Positions 47,919 to 57,409 are shown, counted from the stretch's first letter. The stretch: DNA of 64,000 bases from Myxococcota bacterium (GCA_040386535.1 JAZKFH010000011.1:1-64000), one strand, 5' to 3'. Notes: generated by a model from the sequence alone, not told the origin. Numbers and translations: made by a program.

Positions 47919-49085
47919 ATGAGCGTGGATCTGGACATCGCGCCGATGCGTTCGGACGCGCCCACGTGGGCGGCGGTGGCCGAGGCGTGGGCGCGGCGCG
48001 TCGGCGATCCACGCCTGCTCGGCCCGGACCCGAAGTTGTGCCGCTTCGGCGACACGGTGGCGGTGCCGCCGAACACACTCCTGGTCCCGCCGGCCCACTA
48101 CTTCCTCACCCTGCCCGCGCCCTCGACCCTGTCGCTGTCGGTGAGGCCGAACGAAGGAAACCTGGACGAAGCGGAGTACCTCGAGGACTACGGGCGGAAC
48201 CTGGCGCCGGCGCAGCTCGCGGAGCTGACGGAGGGCTGGCGCCGCACCGGCCGCTCCTACGGGATCAGCTCGCTCGGCGGGCGATCCACGCACGAGCCCG
48301 AGCTGTTCCTCGCCCTGGCCTGCGCCCTCGCCGACGTGTCCGACGGGCGCGTGATCGTGATGAACGACGGCATCCTCACCCTCGGGGTGGGGGTGTACAC
48401 GGCGAACGAGTTCGCGGCGGCGCGGTGGCCGCGCGCGGGCGTGCGTCCCGACGTGGCGCCGTGGGCCTGCGTGTACTGCGGCGATCCGGTGCTGCCGCTC
48501 CACGGGCAGCACTGCCGCTTCGAGCCGGGCGTCCCCCTGCCACCCGGGCCCGGGCACGCGCACCTGCGCTGCGCCCGCGAGGCCGGGCACCTCGACGCGT
48601 GGGCCGCGCACTGGCTCCAGCCCGACCCCACCGTGGCGCCGCCCGGCCGGATCTGGCGCGCCGCCGGCGTGACCCTGCAGCTGGAGCCGGACACCGGCCT
48701 GCTCGCCGCCTTCGGGCCGTGGGGGCGCACCGCGGCCTCGCCCGCGCAGTGGCGGGCCCGCCGGGGTGTGGAGGGCGGCGCCGCGCTCTTCCGGGGGCAC
48801 GCCATCGAGCTCGACCTCGCCGCGTTCCCCGACGCGGACCGCGCGCTGGCGGTCGACCTGCCGCACCAGTTCCCCATCCCCCTGCTCACCCTGTTCGACC
48901 TCGTGGGCGGCGGCGCCCACCTGGCGCACCCGGAGCTGCTCGCGCAGGGCACGTTGAGCCCGCCCAAACCCGAGGCGCGGCGCGGCACCACGTGGCCCCT
49001 GTTCGTCAGCTACCACGAGTTCGTCTCCCGGGAGCTGGACGTGGCGCTGTCCGAGGTGCTCCCACAACTCGCCGGGCAGCCGTGA
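47919..49085 (+). CDS. Hypothetical protein, candidate two-domain immunity protein
   Basis: Starts 3 nt after the toxin stop with a GGAGG RBS; the second half begins with WACVYCGD...HAHLRC. Confidence 0.78.
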   Translation: MSVDLDIAPMRSDAPTWAAVAEAWARRVGDPRLLGPDPKLCRFGDTVAVPPNTLLVPPAHYFLTLPAPSTLSLSVRPNEGNLDEAEYLEDYGRNLAPAQLAELTEGWRRTGRSYGISSLGGRSTHEPELFLALACALADVSDGRVIVMNDGILTLGVGVYTANEFAAARWPRAGVRPDVAPWACVYCGDPVLPLHGQHCRFEPGVPLPPGPGHAHLRCAREAGHLDAWAAHWLQPDPTVAPPGRIWRAAGVTLQLEPDTGLLAAFGPWGRTAASPAQWRARRGVEGGAALFRGHAIELDLAAFPDADRALAVDLPHQFPIPLLTLFDLVGGGAHLAHPELLAQGTLSPPKPEARRGTTWPLFVSYHEFVSRELDVALSEVLPQLAGQP

Positions 49086-50380
49086 AGCTCCTCCCCACGC
49101 AGCCCTGGGCGCAGCTCGGCGCGGAGCTCCGCCGCCGCGGGTGGAAGTGGGAGAACGAGAGCCAGCTGCCGCCGCTCGTGCCCGGTGAGCCGGAGTGGGT
49201 GGACTACGTCCATCCGCGGGCCCGGCTGCACGCCTCGTTCGACCCCGCCCTCGATCTGCGCGTGATCGACGCCGAGGGCGATCCCGGCGTGCTCGCGGAG
49301 CTGCTCGCCCTGCCCCGGCTCGACAGCGCCGCCCTCGCCGCGCTCCTCGCCGCCTCCGACGTGGGCGCGGTGCTGCGCGGGCTCTTCGGGGCGCGCGCGC
49401 TCGCCGCCGTGGAGCTCTTCCCCGCCATCGACACGCTCCGTCGCCACCCGGACCCGGTGGTCGCGCGCGCGGCCGCCGACGTGGCCGCGGAGCTCGGCCG
49501 GGCGGCGGTCGGCGCCGCGGTCGATCTGCTCGCCGCCGCGCGCGCGGAGCGGCCCCTCGAATCGCCGCTGTTCCGCGGCCAGTCCCTCGCGCGGCGCCGG
49601 CAGATCCTGCGCTGGCTCGGCGTGGACCGACGCGGCGTGAACGACGCGATCGCCGACGCTCTGCGCGCCGCGGCCGCCGACGAGGACCTGGAGGTGCGGG
49701 TGACGGCGGCGATGGTCGCCGCGCGCCTCGGGAGCCCGGGGCTGGTGCCCGTTCCGCCCGAGGCCGCGGTCCTCCTCGCGCGTTTCCCGGCGCTCCAGGA
49801 GTGGCGGGCCGCGCGCCTCCCCGACACCGCGGGGGACGACCCGGAGCTCCTCACCCTCCACGCCCTGCTCGAGCCCGTGCCGGAGCCGCCGCCGCCGCCC
49901 CGCCTTCCGCCCTGGCTCGATCGCGACGCGGGGCAGCTCGTGCTCCGCAAGTCGCGCCTCCCCGTGGTGCTCGTCCCCTCGGTTCCACACTGGCTCGGCG
50001 CGCCGGGGCGTGCGGACCACCCCGCCCGCCGCGAGCGCCTGCCGCCGTTCGTGGTGCTCCGCGACGCGCTGCCCTCTCACGGGTGGACCGACGTGCTGGC
50101 CGCCCGGGAGGGGCTGTCGGGCACCGAGAACATCCCGCTGCGGGTGCCCGACGAGGCCCAGTGGGAGGCCGCGGTGCGCGGGCCGGACGGGCGGCCGCAC
50201 GTGGCGGGCGTGTGGGCGTCGGGGCCCGCCACGGGCGCGTGGGGCGCGCGGGTGGAGGCGCCGTGGGAGTGGACGGACGCGGGCGTGCTGCGCCACGCCA
50301 CCGGCGACCTCGGGGAGCGCCGCGCCGCCGCCCCCGACGAGCGCGCCGGCCTGCGGCTCGTGGCGCCGTTCCTGCTCTGA
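49082..50380 (+). CDS. Hypothetical protein with HEAT-like repeats and degenerate FGE-sulfatase (SUMF1)-like C-terminus
   Basis: GTGA overlap start; HPDPVVARAA and DEDLEVRVTAA HEAT-like motifs; LRVPDEAQWEAAVRGPDGR...WEWT. Confidence 0.75.
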   Translation: MKLLPTQPWAQLGAELRRRGWKWENESQLPPLVPGEPEWVDYVHPRARLHASFDPALDLRVIDAEGDPGVLAELLALPRLDSAALAALLAASDVGAVLRGLFGARALAAVELFPAIDTLRRHPDPVVARAAADVAAELGRAAVGAAVDLLAAARAERPLESPLFRGQSLARRRQILRWLGVDRRGVNDAIADALRAAAADEDLEVRVTAAMVAARLGSPGLVPVPPEAAVLLARFPALQEWRAARLPDTAGDDPELLTLHALLEPVPEPPPPPRLPPWLDRDAGQLVLRKSRLPVVLVPSVPHWLGAPGRADHPARRERLPPFVVLRDALPSHGWTDVLAAREGLSGTENIPLRVPDEAQWEAAVRGPDGRPHVAGVWASGPATGAWGARVEAPWEWTDAGVLRHATGDLGERRAAAPDERAGLRLVAPFLL

Positions 50381-50414
50381 GGGCCGCGCCGGGGCGCGTC
50401 CGCCGGGCGTAGTG

Positions 50415-51101
50415 TCAGGGCCGCGCGTCGTCCCCGAGCCGCCCGATGGGCACCCCCTCGAGCCGGATCGGGGCGCCCGCGGACCCTGGCGGTACGGCCG
50501 CGCGCCCGTCGGCACCGGTGACCAGCTCGTGCTCTCCCACCTGGATGTTCGCGCCCACGCCGGGCTGCCCCGTGTCGTCGCGAAGCAGGACCACGCTGCC
50601 GTCCTCCGCCGCCCACACGACGGGCCGGCGCACCCGCGCCTCGACCGTCGGCCGGAGCACCACCCGCGCGCCCGCGGCGGTGCGCCCCACCACGCGCGCG
50701 GTGCAGCGGACGAGCTCGCCGGTCACGACGTGCGCGACCACCGCGGTGGTGGCCCCGTCGTCCCACTCCACCTCCCAGCCGTCCACGAGGCCGTCGACCA
50801 CCACCTCGAAACGGACGTGCGAAGCAACGCTCCACACCGCGCGGGGGCCGACGATACCGGCCTCCGGAGGCAGCACGACGGGCTCGAGCCTGGCCCACGC
50901 GGCGAGCAGCGCGGCGGCGAGGTGCGCGGCCTCGGGCTCCGCCAGCCCCGCGACCGCGGCGTCGGGACGCGCGAGCCGTTCGAGCAGGGGGCGGGCGGCG
51001 GCGAAGCGGGGGGCGGCCAGGAGCGTGGGCCAGGCCTCGGGCGCACGCGCCACGAGCGCCCGCACGACCCGCGACAGCTGGACGTGGGCGGGGATGTTCA
51101 T
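50415..51101 (-). CDS. Hypothetical protein, last gene of the eCIS structural operon
   Basis: ATGA overlap with the upstream gene; beta-rich C-terminus (VTGADGRAAV). Confidence 0.65.
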   Translation of the reverse strand: MNIPAHVQLSRVVRALVARAPEAWPTLLAAPRFAAARPLLERLARPDAAVAGLAEPEAAHLAAALLAAWARLEPVVLPPEAGIVGPRAVWSVASHVRFEVVVDGLVDGWEVEWDDGATTAVVAHVVTGELVRCTARVVGRTAAGARVVLRPTVEARVRRPVVWAAEDGSVVLLRDDTGQPGVGANIQVGEHELVTGADGRAAVPPGSAGAPIRLEGVPIGRLGDDARP

Positions 51102-52150
51102 GCGAGCCGCCAGAGCACACGATCGCGCCACGTGCGCTTCAGGCGCGTGCTGGTGCGCCCGGGAGAGCGGAGCGCGGGCGCCAGGACGCCGTCGTCCGGT
51201 TCTTCGAGCGCGGGGGCGGTGACGACAACCTCCGGCGCCGGGGGCGGCGTGGCGGCGAGGTCGGGAGCGCGCGGCGCGAGGGACGGCGGAGGCGGGGCGC
51301 CTTCGGGAGGGGGCGCGCCGGGGGGACGGGGTGCCCGCGCCGCGACGGGCATCGGGAGCGGGGGCGGGGTGCGCGGCGCGCCGGGGATCGGGGCGAGCCG
51401 GGCGCGGCGCACGGTCGGGCTCGCGGTTGCGTTCGCGGCGCGTGCACGGGGGGAGGAGGCCGGAGCGTCCCGCCGGGTGGGCGGCGGCATCGGCGGCGCC
51501 GCGATCGTGGCGGACCGGCGCCGGGGCCGAGGCGGCGCGGGCGCCGCGGGAAGGACGGTCGCGCGCAGCTCGAGGGGCGGGCGGGCCTCGATCTCGACGC
51601 GGCGCGCGGGCGCGGGGGCGGGCGGATCATCGCGGGTCGTCGCGACACGGGAGGCGTTCGGCAGCGACGGCGCGAGCGCGGTCCGAGGTGCCGCAGGCAG
51701 AGCGACGGGGGACGGGGGGCGGCCCGCCGACGGCCCGATCGCCCGCGCCGGCGCGATCTCGACAGAAGTCGGGCGTGTCGCATCAGCGGGACGCACGAGC
51801 CCCTCGGGCGGACGGGCAGCGGAGGGGCGTACGTCCGCGGGCGGCGCGCGGCGCGATGGGGCGTCGATCCGCGCGACCGGAACCGGTAGCGGACGGGGCA
51901 CGGGCGCCGCCAGCGCGAGCGTCACGGCCGCCGCGGGTGACGCCACGGACCGGGAGGCGGTTTCCCCCGGCGCCGGCGCCCTGGGCAGCGGCGGCGCCGG
52001 CCGGGGCTCGATCGACCACTGGCCGCGGCTGCCCGGCGGCCCCGGATCCACGATGAGCTCGAGCTCCCGCAAGAGCCCGAGCAGGTCCCACAGATCGTCG
52101 CGTGTGGCGTCGTCACGCGTGCTTTCGACACCGGCGGCGTCGTCGCTCAT
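51098..52150 (-). CDS. Pro/Ala-rich low-complexity hypothetical protein
   Basis: Translationally coupled at both ends (ATGA overlaps); ordered-looking N- and C-terminal tips. Confidence 0.6.
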   Translation of the reverse strand: MSDDAAGVESTRDDATRDDLWDLLGLLRELELIVDPGPPGSRGQWSIEPRPAPPLPRAPAPGETASRSVASPAAAVTLALAAPVPRPLPVPVARIDAPSRRAPPADVRPSAARPPEGLVRPADATRPTSVEIAPARAIGPSAGRPPSPVALPAAPRTALAPSLPNASRVATTRDDPPAPAPARRVEIEARPPLELRATVLPAAPAPPRPRRRSATIAAPPMPPPTRRDAPASSPRARAANATASPTVRRARLAPIPGAPRTPPPLPMPVAARAPRPPGAPPPEGAPPPPSLAPRAPDLAATPPPAPEVVVTAPALEEPDDGVLAPALRSPGRTSTRLKRTWRDRVLWRLA

Positions 52151-54168
52151 GCGTGCATCTCCAGCCACTGCCGCAGGGTGCGGGCGGCGGCGGCCATCTC
52201 CGCCTCGCGCACCACCGTCGGCGCCTGCGGAGGGCGGCCCACGGCCGAGCGCGCGTCGGGATCGAACACGGTGGGCAGCAGGAAGCCGGAGGCGAGGCTG
52301 CGCGGGCCGAAGCCGGCGAAGTCGCGTCGCAAGGTCGGGTTCGCCACGGCCACGGGCAGGTTCACCGGCAACACCGTCACGATCACGATCTCCGGGCCGT
52401 CACAGCAGCTGAAGTCCGTCTCCCCGCCGGTGGCCCACGCGGCGAACGTGCTCACCTCGATGTCGACCACCTCCACCGCCGTCTGCCACGCGGTGCCCTC
52501 GGCGTCGCCCCGCAAGAGCAGCATCTCGCCCGGGCGCGCGAAACACGCATCCCAGGCCGCGCCCGACGGCGCCACGAGCGACGACCCCGCCGTGAGCGGC
52601 ACGACGAGCGTGGTGGCGCGGGGGCTCACGGTGGCGGCCCAGGCGGCGCTCCGCGGCGGCGCGGTGACGACGGCCGCTGGCGTGGGGAGCAGGTCGTCCA
52701 CGAACCCGCTCACCTGCCCGCCGCGGAGCAGGCGCAGGCGGGTCCACAACGCGCGGAAGCCGAGGATGAGCCCGTCCCGCGCCCGATCGTCGGCCCAGCC
52801 GCGGCGCACCTCGGCCGCGGAGAGGGTCACCGCGCCGCTCACCGGCGCGCCCGCGGCGGACAGGCCGCTGATCCCGGTGGGCGACGACGCGATCGACAAC
52901 CACAGCGCGGTCGTGCGGACCACGGTCTGGCCGTCTGCCGTCTCGCTGCCCGTCACGAGGGTGAGCGCGCCGCGCGCCGCCGCCCGCCCGTCTACCGCGA
53001 GGAGCTGGCCCGGCCGGAGCGCGGCCGTGCTCGCGGGCGAACACACGAGCTTGCGGGAGGCGTAGGTCGCGGTCCGCCCGGGCAGCAGCGCCCCGAGAAA
53101 ACCCGCGCCGGTCTGCCCGGCCAACGCCCCTCCGAGGCCGGCGGCGATCCGGTCGAGGAAGGGATCGAGCACGCGGCGCAGGCGACGCTCGCGGCGGCCG
53201 TACCACGCGATCTTGGCGGTCCACGCCCAGGTGAGCGTGGACTCCATCGCGCGCAGCGCGCGGAGCGTGCCGTCCGGGTAGCCGATGCGGTCGCCGGTGA
53301 GCTCGTCGAGCCGCTCGGTGACGACGTGCCCGGGGGCGAGCGGCGCCACCTGCGACGCGAACATCCAGAGCGTCGCGCGGTCGGGGGCGCCCTCCTTCGT
53401 GGTGGGATCGACGTAGTACGCGGCGAGGCGCCGGTACGCGCTCGCCATCCCCCGCGCGGTCGCGGGCGAGCACACCGACGTGTCGGGCACGTCGTCGGCG
53501 ATGGTGTCGAGGATCGCCGCGAGGCGGGAACACCCGGCGGCGGGGCCGTTGAGCATCTCGGACGGGATGCCGGTCCCGGGGTGGTACCAGGCCGACGCGT
53601 CGGAGGCGGCCGTGCCGTCCGCGGGGCGCGGGGCGTCCTGGATCTCCTCGTCGGCCTCGTCCAGCCGGGCCTGCCACAACGTCCACCACGCCGTGTCGAG
53701 GTCGTAGTCCCCCGCCTCGGCGGCGTCCTCGCGCGCGTCCACCGGGAACAGCCCCTCGTCCGGCCACGCGGCGGCGGTGGGCGGGGCGGACGGAGACGCG
53801 GACCAGAACGGATCGTCGGGGAGGCTCGGGCAGGTGAACGTCTGGAGCACGTTCTGTTCGTCGAGGTACTTGAACAGCGCCACCGCCGGGGTCACGTAGA
53901 CGACAAAGTCGCTCTCGCCGTCCCAGCCGCGCGGGTTCGCCACCGCCTGCTCGTGCTCCCAGGGCCCGGGCGGCTTCCACTTCGAGACGTACCCGGACTG
54001 CCGCCACCGCTCGTCCACACACACCCGCGCGAGCTGGTACAGCGCCGAAAAGGCGCGCGCGGTGTCCGCGTCCTTGCGACGCGCGTCCTGCACCTGGTTG
54101 ACGAACAGCTCGAGCACCTTCCAGGTGTGCTCCCAGAGCTGCACCTCCTCCGTGAGGGTCACGCTCAA
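52147..54168 (-). CDS. Hypothetical protein (eCIS operon)
   Basis: Natural-looking sequence from LSVTLTEEVQLWEHTW; TTGA overlap with the upstream stop (GTG 54162 is an alternative start). Confidence 0.75.
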   Translation of the reverse strand: MSVTLTEEVQLWEHTWKVLELFVNQVQDARRKDADTARAFSALYQLARVCVDERWRQSGYVSKWKPPGPWEHEQAVANPRGWDGESDFVVYVTPAVALFKYLDEQNVLQTFTCPSLPDDPFWSASPSAPPTAAAWPDEGLFPVDAREDAAEAGDYDLDTAWWTLWQARLDEADEEIQDAPRPADGTAASDASAWYHPGTGIPSEMLNGPAAGCSRLAAILDTIADDVPDTSVCSPATARGMASAYRRLAAYYVDPTTKEGAPDRATLWMFASQVAPLAPGHVVTERLDELTGDRIGYPDGTLRALRAMESTLTWAWTAKIAWYGRRERRLRRVLDPFLDRIAAGLGGALAGQTGAGFLGALLPGRTATYASRKLVCSPASTAALRPGQLLAVDGRAAARGALTLVTGSETADGQTVVRTTALWLSIASSPTGISGLSAAGAPVSGAVTLSAAEVRRGWADDRARDGLILGFRALWTRLRLLRGGQVSGFVDDLLPTPAAVVTAPPRSAAWAATVSPRATTLVVPLTAGSSLVAPSGAAWDACFARPGEMLLLRGDAEGTAWQTAVEVVDIEVSTFAAWATGGETDFSCCDGPEIVIVTVLPVNLPVAVANPTLRRDFAGFGPRSLASGFLLPTVFDPDARSAVGRPPQAPTVVREAEMAAAARTLRQWLEMHA

Positions 54169-55463
54169 ACCGGGCCTCCCTTGGACATGCGGACGTCCCG
54201 CTGCACGAGATCGTCGTAACGTTGGCGCTGCTCCTCGACCGAGGCCTCGAGCTGCGCCACGGCGGGGGCGACCGCCTTCTCCACCGCGGCCGCGGTGCGC
54301 GCGTACTCGGCCTCCCACACCTCGCCGAACGCCGCCGCGCTCGCTTCGAGGTTCCCCTTCTGCCCGAGCAGGATCCACAGCGGGGTGACCGCGGTCATGC
54401 CGGGCCCGGCGGCCAGGAGGCACACGGCGCCCATGTAGCCGCCGGGGGGGCGGTTCTGGGCGCTGTCGAAGGCGGTGGTCAGCCCCGGCACGCCCTGGGT
54501 GGTCGACACGGCGAGGGCATAGAACCCGGTCGCCTGGAGCTGCTCGAGGAAGGTGATGACCGCCTGGATGGCCTCGGCGATGTCGAGGAGCACCTGCACC
54601 TTGGTGCGGAGCGCCTCGATCAACTTCTTGATGAGCCCGATGAGGTTGTCGACATCGCGGAGCAGCCCCTCGAGCTTCGACGCGAGGTCCGTGAGCTTGC
54701 GCAAGACGGGGAACAGGTCCGCGAGGGTGCGGCTCTCCCAGTCGGGGGCCACCGACTCCGCGTAGAGGGCCTGGCCGTCGGGATCGGGGGTGTTCGGCGC
54801 GGCCTTCCAGTTCTCGAACGCGGCGACGAAGGGCCGGATGCTCAGCAGCTTTCCGAGCAGATACAGCAGGTTGCGCAACACTTCGGGGTTGGCCGCCGCC
54901 GCGGCGAGGAACACCGCCTCGATCGTGGCGCCGGTGGAGACCTGGGGGCGGTCCTCGTCCCCCACGTCGTCGAAGGAGGCCCGGAACGTCGCGGCCCACG
55001 CGGCGTACGCGTCGGGGGCGGGCGGGGGCGGCGGCTCCTCCTGGAAGCCCGCCACGAAGGTCTTGACCGGCGTGGTGGGGTACCCGAGGGACGCCCACCC
55101 GGGCCAGGCGCTGGTGATTCCGGGCGCGTGGGCGAAGGCGTACACCCCCGTCGCGAGCAGATCGTCGATGATCTTCTTGAGGATGGCCACGGCCGCCATC
55201 ACCAGCGCGGTGATGGGGTTGGGCATGGCGAGCAGGATGGCGGCGATGATGTCGAGCACCGTCGCGATGGCCTGGAGCACGCCCACGACCGTGTCGATGA
55301 CGGGCTTGGCGCCCTTGGCCATGTCGCCGACGCCGGGGATGTCCCCGAGGGTCAGCGACTCCCAACGCAGCCCGCCGCCGGCGTCCACGGGGGCGCCGTC
55401 CGGATCGCAGCAGGCCGCCTGGAGGGCGGCCGCGTCAGGCGTAGCGACGCCGTGGGTTGACAC
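54165..55463 (-). CDS. Hypothetical helical protein with two amphipathic/hydrophobic segments (eCIS operon)
   Basis: 432-aa ORF with strong GC3 bias, coupled to its neighbours. Confidence 0.82.
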   Translation of the reverse strand: MSTHGVATPDAAALQAACCDPDGAPVDAGGGLRWESLTLGDIPGVGDMAKGAKPVIDTVVGVLQAIATVLDIIAAILLAMPNPITALVMAAVAILKKIIDDLLATGVYAFAHAPGITSAWPGWASLGYPTTPVKTFVAGFQEEPPPPPAPDAYAAWAATFRASFDDVGDEDRPQVSTGATIEAVFLAAAAANPEVLRNLLYLLGKLLSIRPFVAAFENWKAAPNTPDPDGQALYAESVAPDWESRTLADLFPVLRKLTDLASKLEGLLRDVDNLIGLIKKLIEALRTKVQVLLDIAEAIQAVITFLEQLQATGFYALAVSTTQGVPGLTTAFDSAQNRPPGGYMGAVCLLAAGPGMTAVTPLWILLGQKGNLEASAAAFGEVWEAEYARTAAAVEKAVAPAVAQLEASVEEQRQRYDDLVQRDVRMSKGGPV

Positions 55464-55626
55464 GGGCTTGCTCCTTCGGGTCGGGGACGAGGCTGGTGAG
55501 CGCTTCGACCTGCTCGGTCTGCTGCGCCGCCACCACGGCGGCGGCGTCCTCGACGTTCTTCTTCGCGGTCCTCAAACGGGCGATGAGCTCGGACAGGTCG
55601 AGGGGGGTCCACACGGGTTCGGCCAT
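55435..55626 (-). CDS. Small coiled-coil-like hypothetical protein
   Basis: 63 aa, starts 3 nt after the spike gene stop. Confidence 0.65.
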   Translation of the reverse strand: MAEPVWTPLDLSELIARLRTAKKNVEDAAAVVAAQQTEQVEALTSLVPDPKEQARVNPRRRYA

Positions 55627-55629
55627 CGC

Positions 55630-56865
55630 TCACCCCACCGGCAGGCGCTTGACGAGCGCGAACAACGACCAGTCCATGAGCGGGGTCAACGTGGCCCACA
55701 CGTCGAGCGCCGGGCCGTAGCCGGGCATCGTCAACGGGTTCACCGCCTTCATGATCTGGCTCATCATCGTGAGGTGGAGCATCAGCCCGTCGCCGATGAC
55801 CACGGGGGAGGTCGCCAACAGGCCGCCGAGCTGGAGGAACCCGAGCTTGGTGTTGATGGAGATGTTGCCGATGGCCGCGTCGATGGAGATCGCGGTGAGG
55901 GAAGGCGGGAGCAGCGGAGGCCCGGCGGCGATGCTGACGCCGGTGCCGCCGAGCATGTTGAGCGAGGAGGCCGCGGTCAGGCCGATCCCGCCGCCCGCGG
56001 ACAGGTCGATGGTGCCGCCTGTCTTGAGAACCTCGGCGCCGTCGAGCTCGCGGGCGTGGGTGCCCTTGATGCGCTCGACCGTGCCCGTCGCATCCACCGT
56101 GCGCACGTAGCGGTCGGTCCCGATCTCCTCGCGGAAGTCGCCCCCGACGCGCACCGTGCGGTTGTCGAGCACCTCGAGCAGGTCGTTGCGCTCCACCAGC
56201 GTGGTGCGCGAGCCGGTGGTGCGCGTGGTGTCGTCGCGGTCCACCCGCGTGGTGCGCGCGCCGCGGACGACCGTGCGCTGGTTGTGGAGCAGCTCGTCGA
56301 GCCCCGAGGAGGTGAGGACCACGCGGTTGCCGGAGGCGTCGCGGATCTCGAGGCGCGGCTCGCGGCCGTCCGTCATGCGGTCGTCCAGCACGATGATGTG
56401 CCCCGTGGCCGACTTCCAGACGCGCACGCCGGGGGTGGCCACCTCGCTCGGGGTGCCGGTGGTGGGCACCTCCGACGGTGCCGGGGGCGGCTCGGCCTGC
56501 CCGGCGGGCGTCGGGAAGGCGCGCCGTACGGGGCGGGCGGTGGAGTCGGGCTGGCCCCGATCTTCGGCCGTCGGCGCGCCCCACCACGTGCCGGTCCAGA
56601 TCGGGCGCGACAGGTCGCCGGCCTCGAACTCGATCCACACGGCGGCGCCCGGATCGGGGATGGTGAAGAACCCCTGGTCGGGCCCGGCGTACGGCGCGCA
56701 CGGGAGCGCCCAGCCGGTCGGCGCGTCGCCGAGGAGGCGGGGGACGATCGCGCGGATGCGCCCCTGCTGTTTCGGGTCGTCCACCTCGGTCACGTAGCCG
56801 CGGTACTTGCCGTAGTACCGGTTCTCCAGGCGATCGACGAGGCGTTCGAGCAGCTCGTCGGTCAC
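55630..56865 (-). CDS. Phage baseplate assembly protein V / gp5-VgrG-like spike
   Basis: YYGKYRGYVTEVDDPKQQGRIRAIVP, WALPCAPYAG, VWIEFEAGDLSRPIWTG OB-fold, KSATGH, beta-repeat tail; GTGA overlap start. Confidence 0.92.
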   Translation of the reverse strand: MTDELLERLVDRLENRYYGKYRGYVTEVDDPKQQGRIRAIVPRLLGDAPTGWALPCAPYAGPDQGFFTIPDPGAAVWIEFEAGDLSRPIWTGTWWGAPTAEDRGQPDSTARPVRRAFPTPAGQAEPPPAPSEVPTTGTPSEVATPGVRVWKSATGHIIVLDDRMTDGREPRLEIRDASGNRVVLTSSGLDELLHNQRTVVRGARTTRVDRDDTTRTTGSRTTLVERNDLLEVLDNRTVRVGGDFREEIGTDRYVRTVDATGTVERIKGTHARELDGAEVLKTGGTIDLSAGGGIGLTAASSLNMLGGTGVSIAAGPPLLPPSLTAISIDAAIGNISINTKLGFLQLGGLLATSPVVIGDGLMLHLTMMSQIMKAVNPLTMPGYGPALDVWATLTPLMDWSLFALVKRLPVG

Positions 56866-57074
56866 GACACCCCCGCCGAGCGCGCGTCGTACGGGCGCAG
56901 CATGGAGATGTCGGTGAGGCGCACGTGCGCGCGGGACACCCCGTCGGGGGCGATCAGCTCCACCACGTCGTCCTCGATGGTGCCCACCCGGCCCACGTGG
57001 ACATGGCCCTGGGTCGTGTAGACGTACACCCGCAGGTTGCGGTAGGTCCGCTCGAGCAGCTCGCGGACGTTCAC
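56862..57074 (-). CDS. Small Sm/LSm-like beta-barrel hypothetical protein
   Basis: Helix followed by VYVYTTQGHVHVGRVGTIEDDVVEL..AHVRLTDI; coupled on both sides. Confidence 0.7.
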   Translation of the reverse strand: MNVRELLERTYRNLRVYVYTTQGHVHVGRVGTIEDDVVELIAPDGVSRAHVRLTDISMLRPYDARSAGVS

Positions 57075-57400
57075 CGCTGGCCCACGCGCAACGCGAAGCG
57101 CTGGGCGAGCTCCAGGTGGCGCGCGCCGGACTGCTCCTCCTGGACCAAGCGCTCCGTCGCGAGGCGGGAATGCCCGGCGCGCACGCGCTCCTCCAGCGTG
57201 TCGGGGGTGGGCAGCGCCCGCGTGATGCGCCCGCGGAGCGCCTCGGCGAGGGCGGTGCGCGCCTGGGCGGTCGCGACGAGGCCACGCACGTGCTCGTGCA
57301 CCCCCGCGACATCCCCGACGGGGAGCGTGGCGACGAGGCGCGGCCCGTCCACCCGCGGGGTGGCGGCGGGCTGGCGGTTGGTGCGGAAGAAGTCAGCCAT
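57071..57400 (-). CDS. Hypothetical helical protein
   Basis: 109 aa, starts 9 nt after the upstream stop, GTGA overlap downstream. Confidence 0.7.
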   Translation of the reverse strand: MADFFRTNRQPAATPRVDGPRLVATLPVGDVAGVHEHVRGLVATAQARTALAEALRGRITRALPTPDTLEERVRAGHSRLATERLVQEEQSGARHLELAQRFALRVGQR

Positions 57401-57409
57401 GGGGGTCCC

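Noticed and set aside
37893..49067. 3724-aa minus-strand ORF
   Set aside because: Antisense shadow of the ATPase/toxin genes; Arg/Gly/His-rich, no motifs, expected with high GC3.
42188..49081. N-terminal ~2300 aa of ORF 42188..50380
   Set aside because: Off-frame overlap with the toxin and immunity genes; only the part from GTG 49082 looks like real protein.
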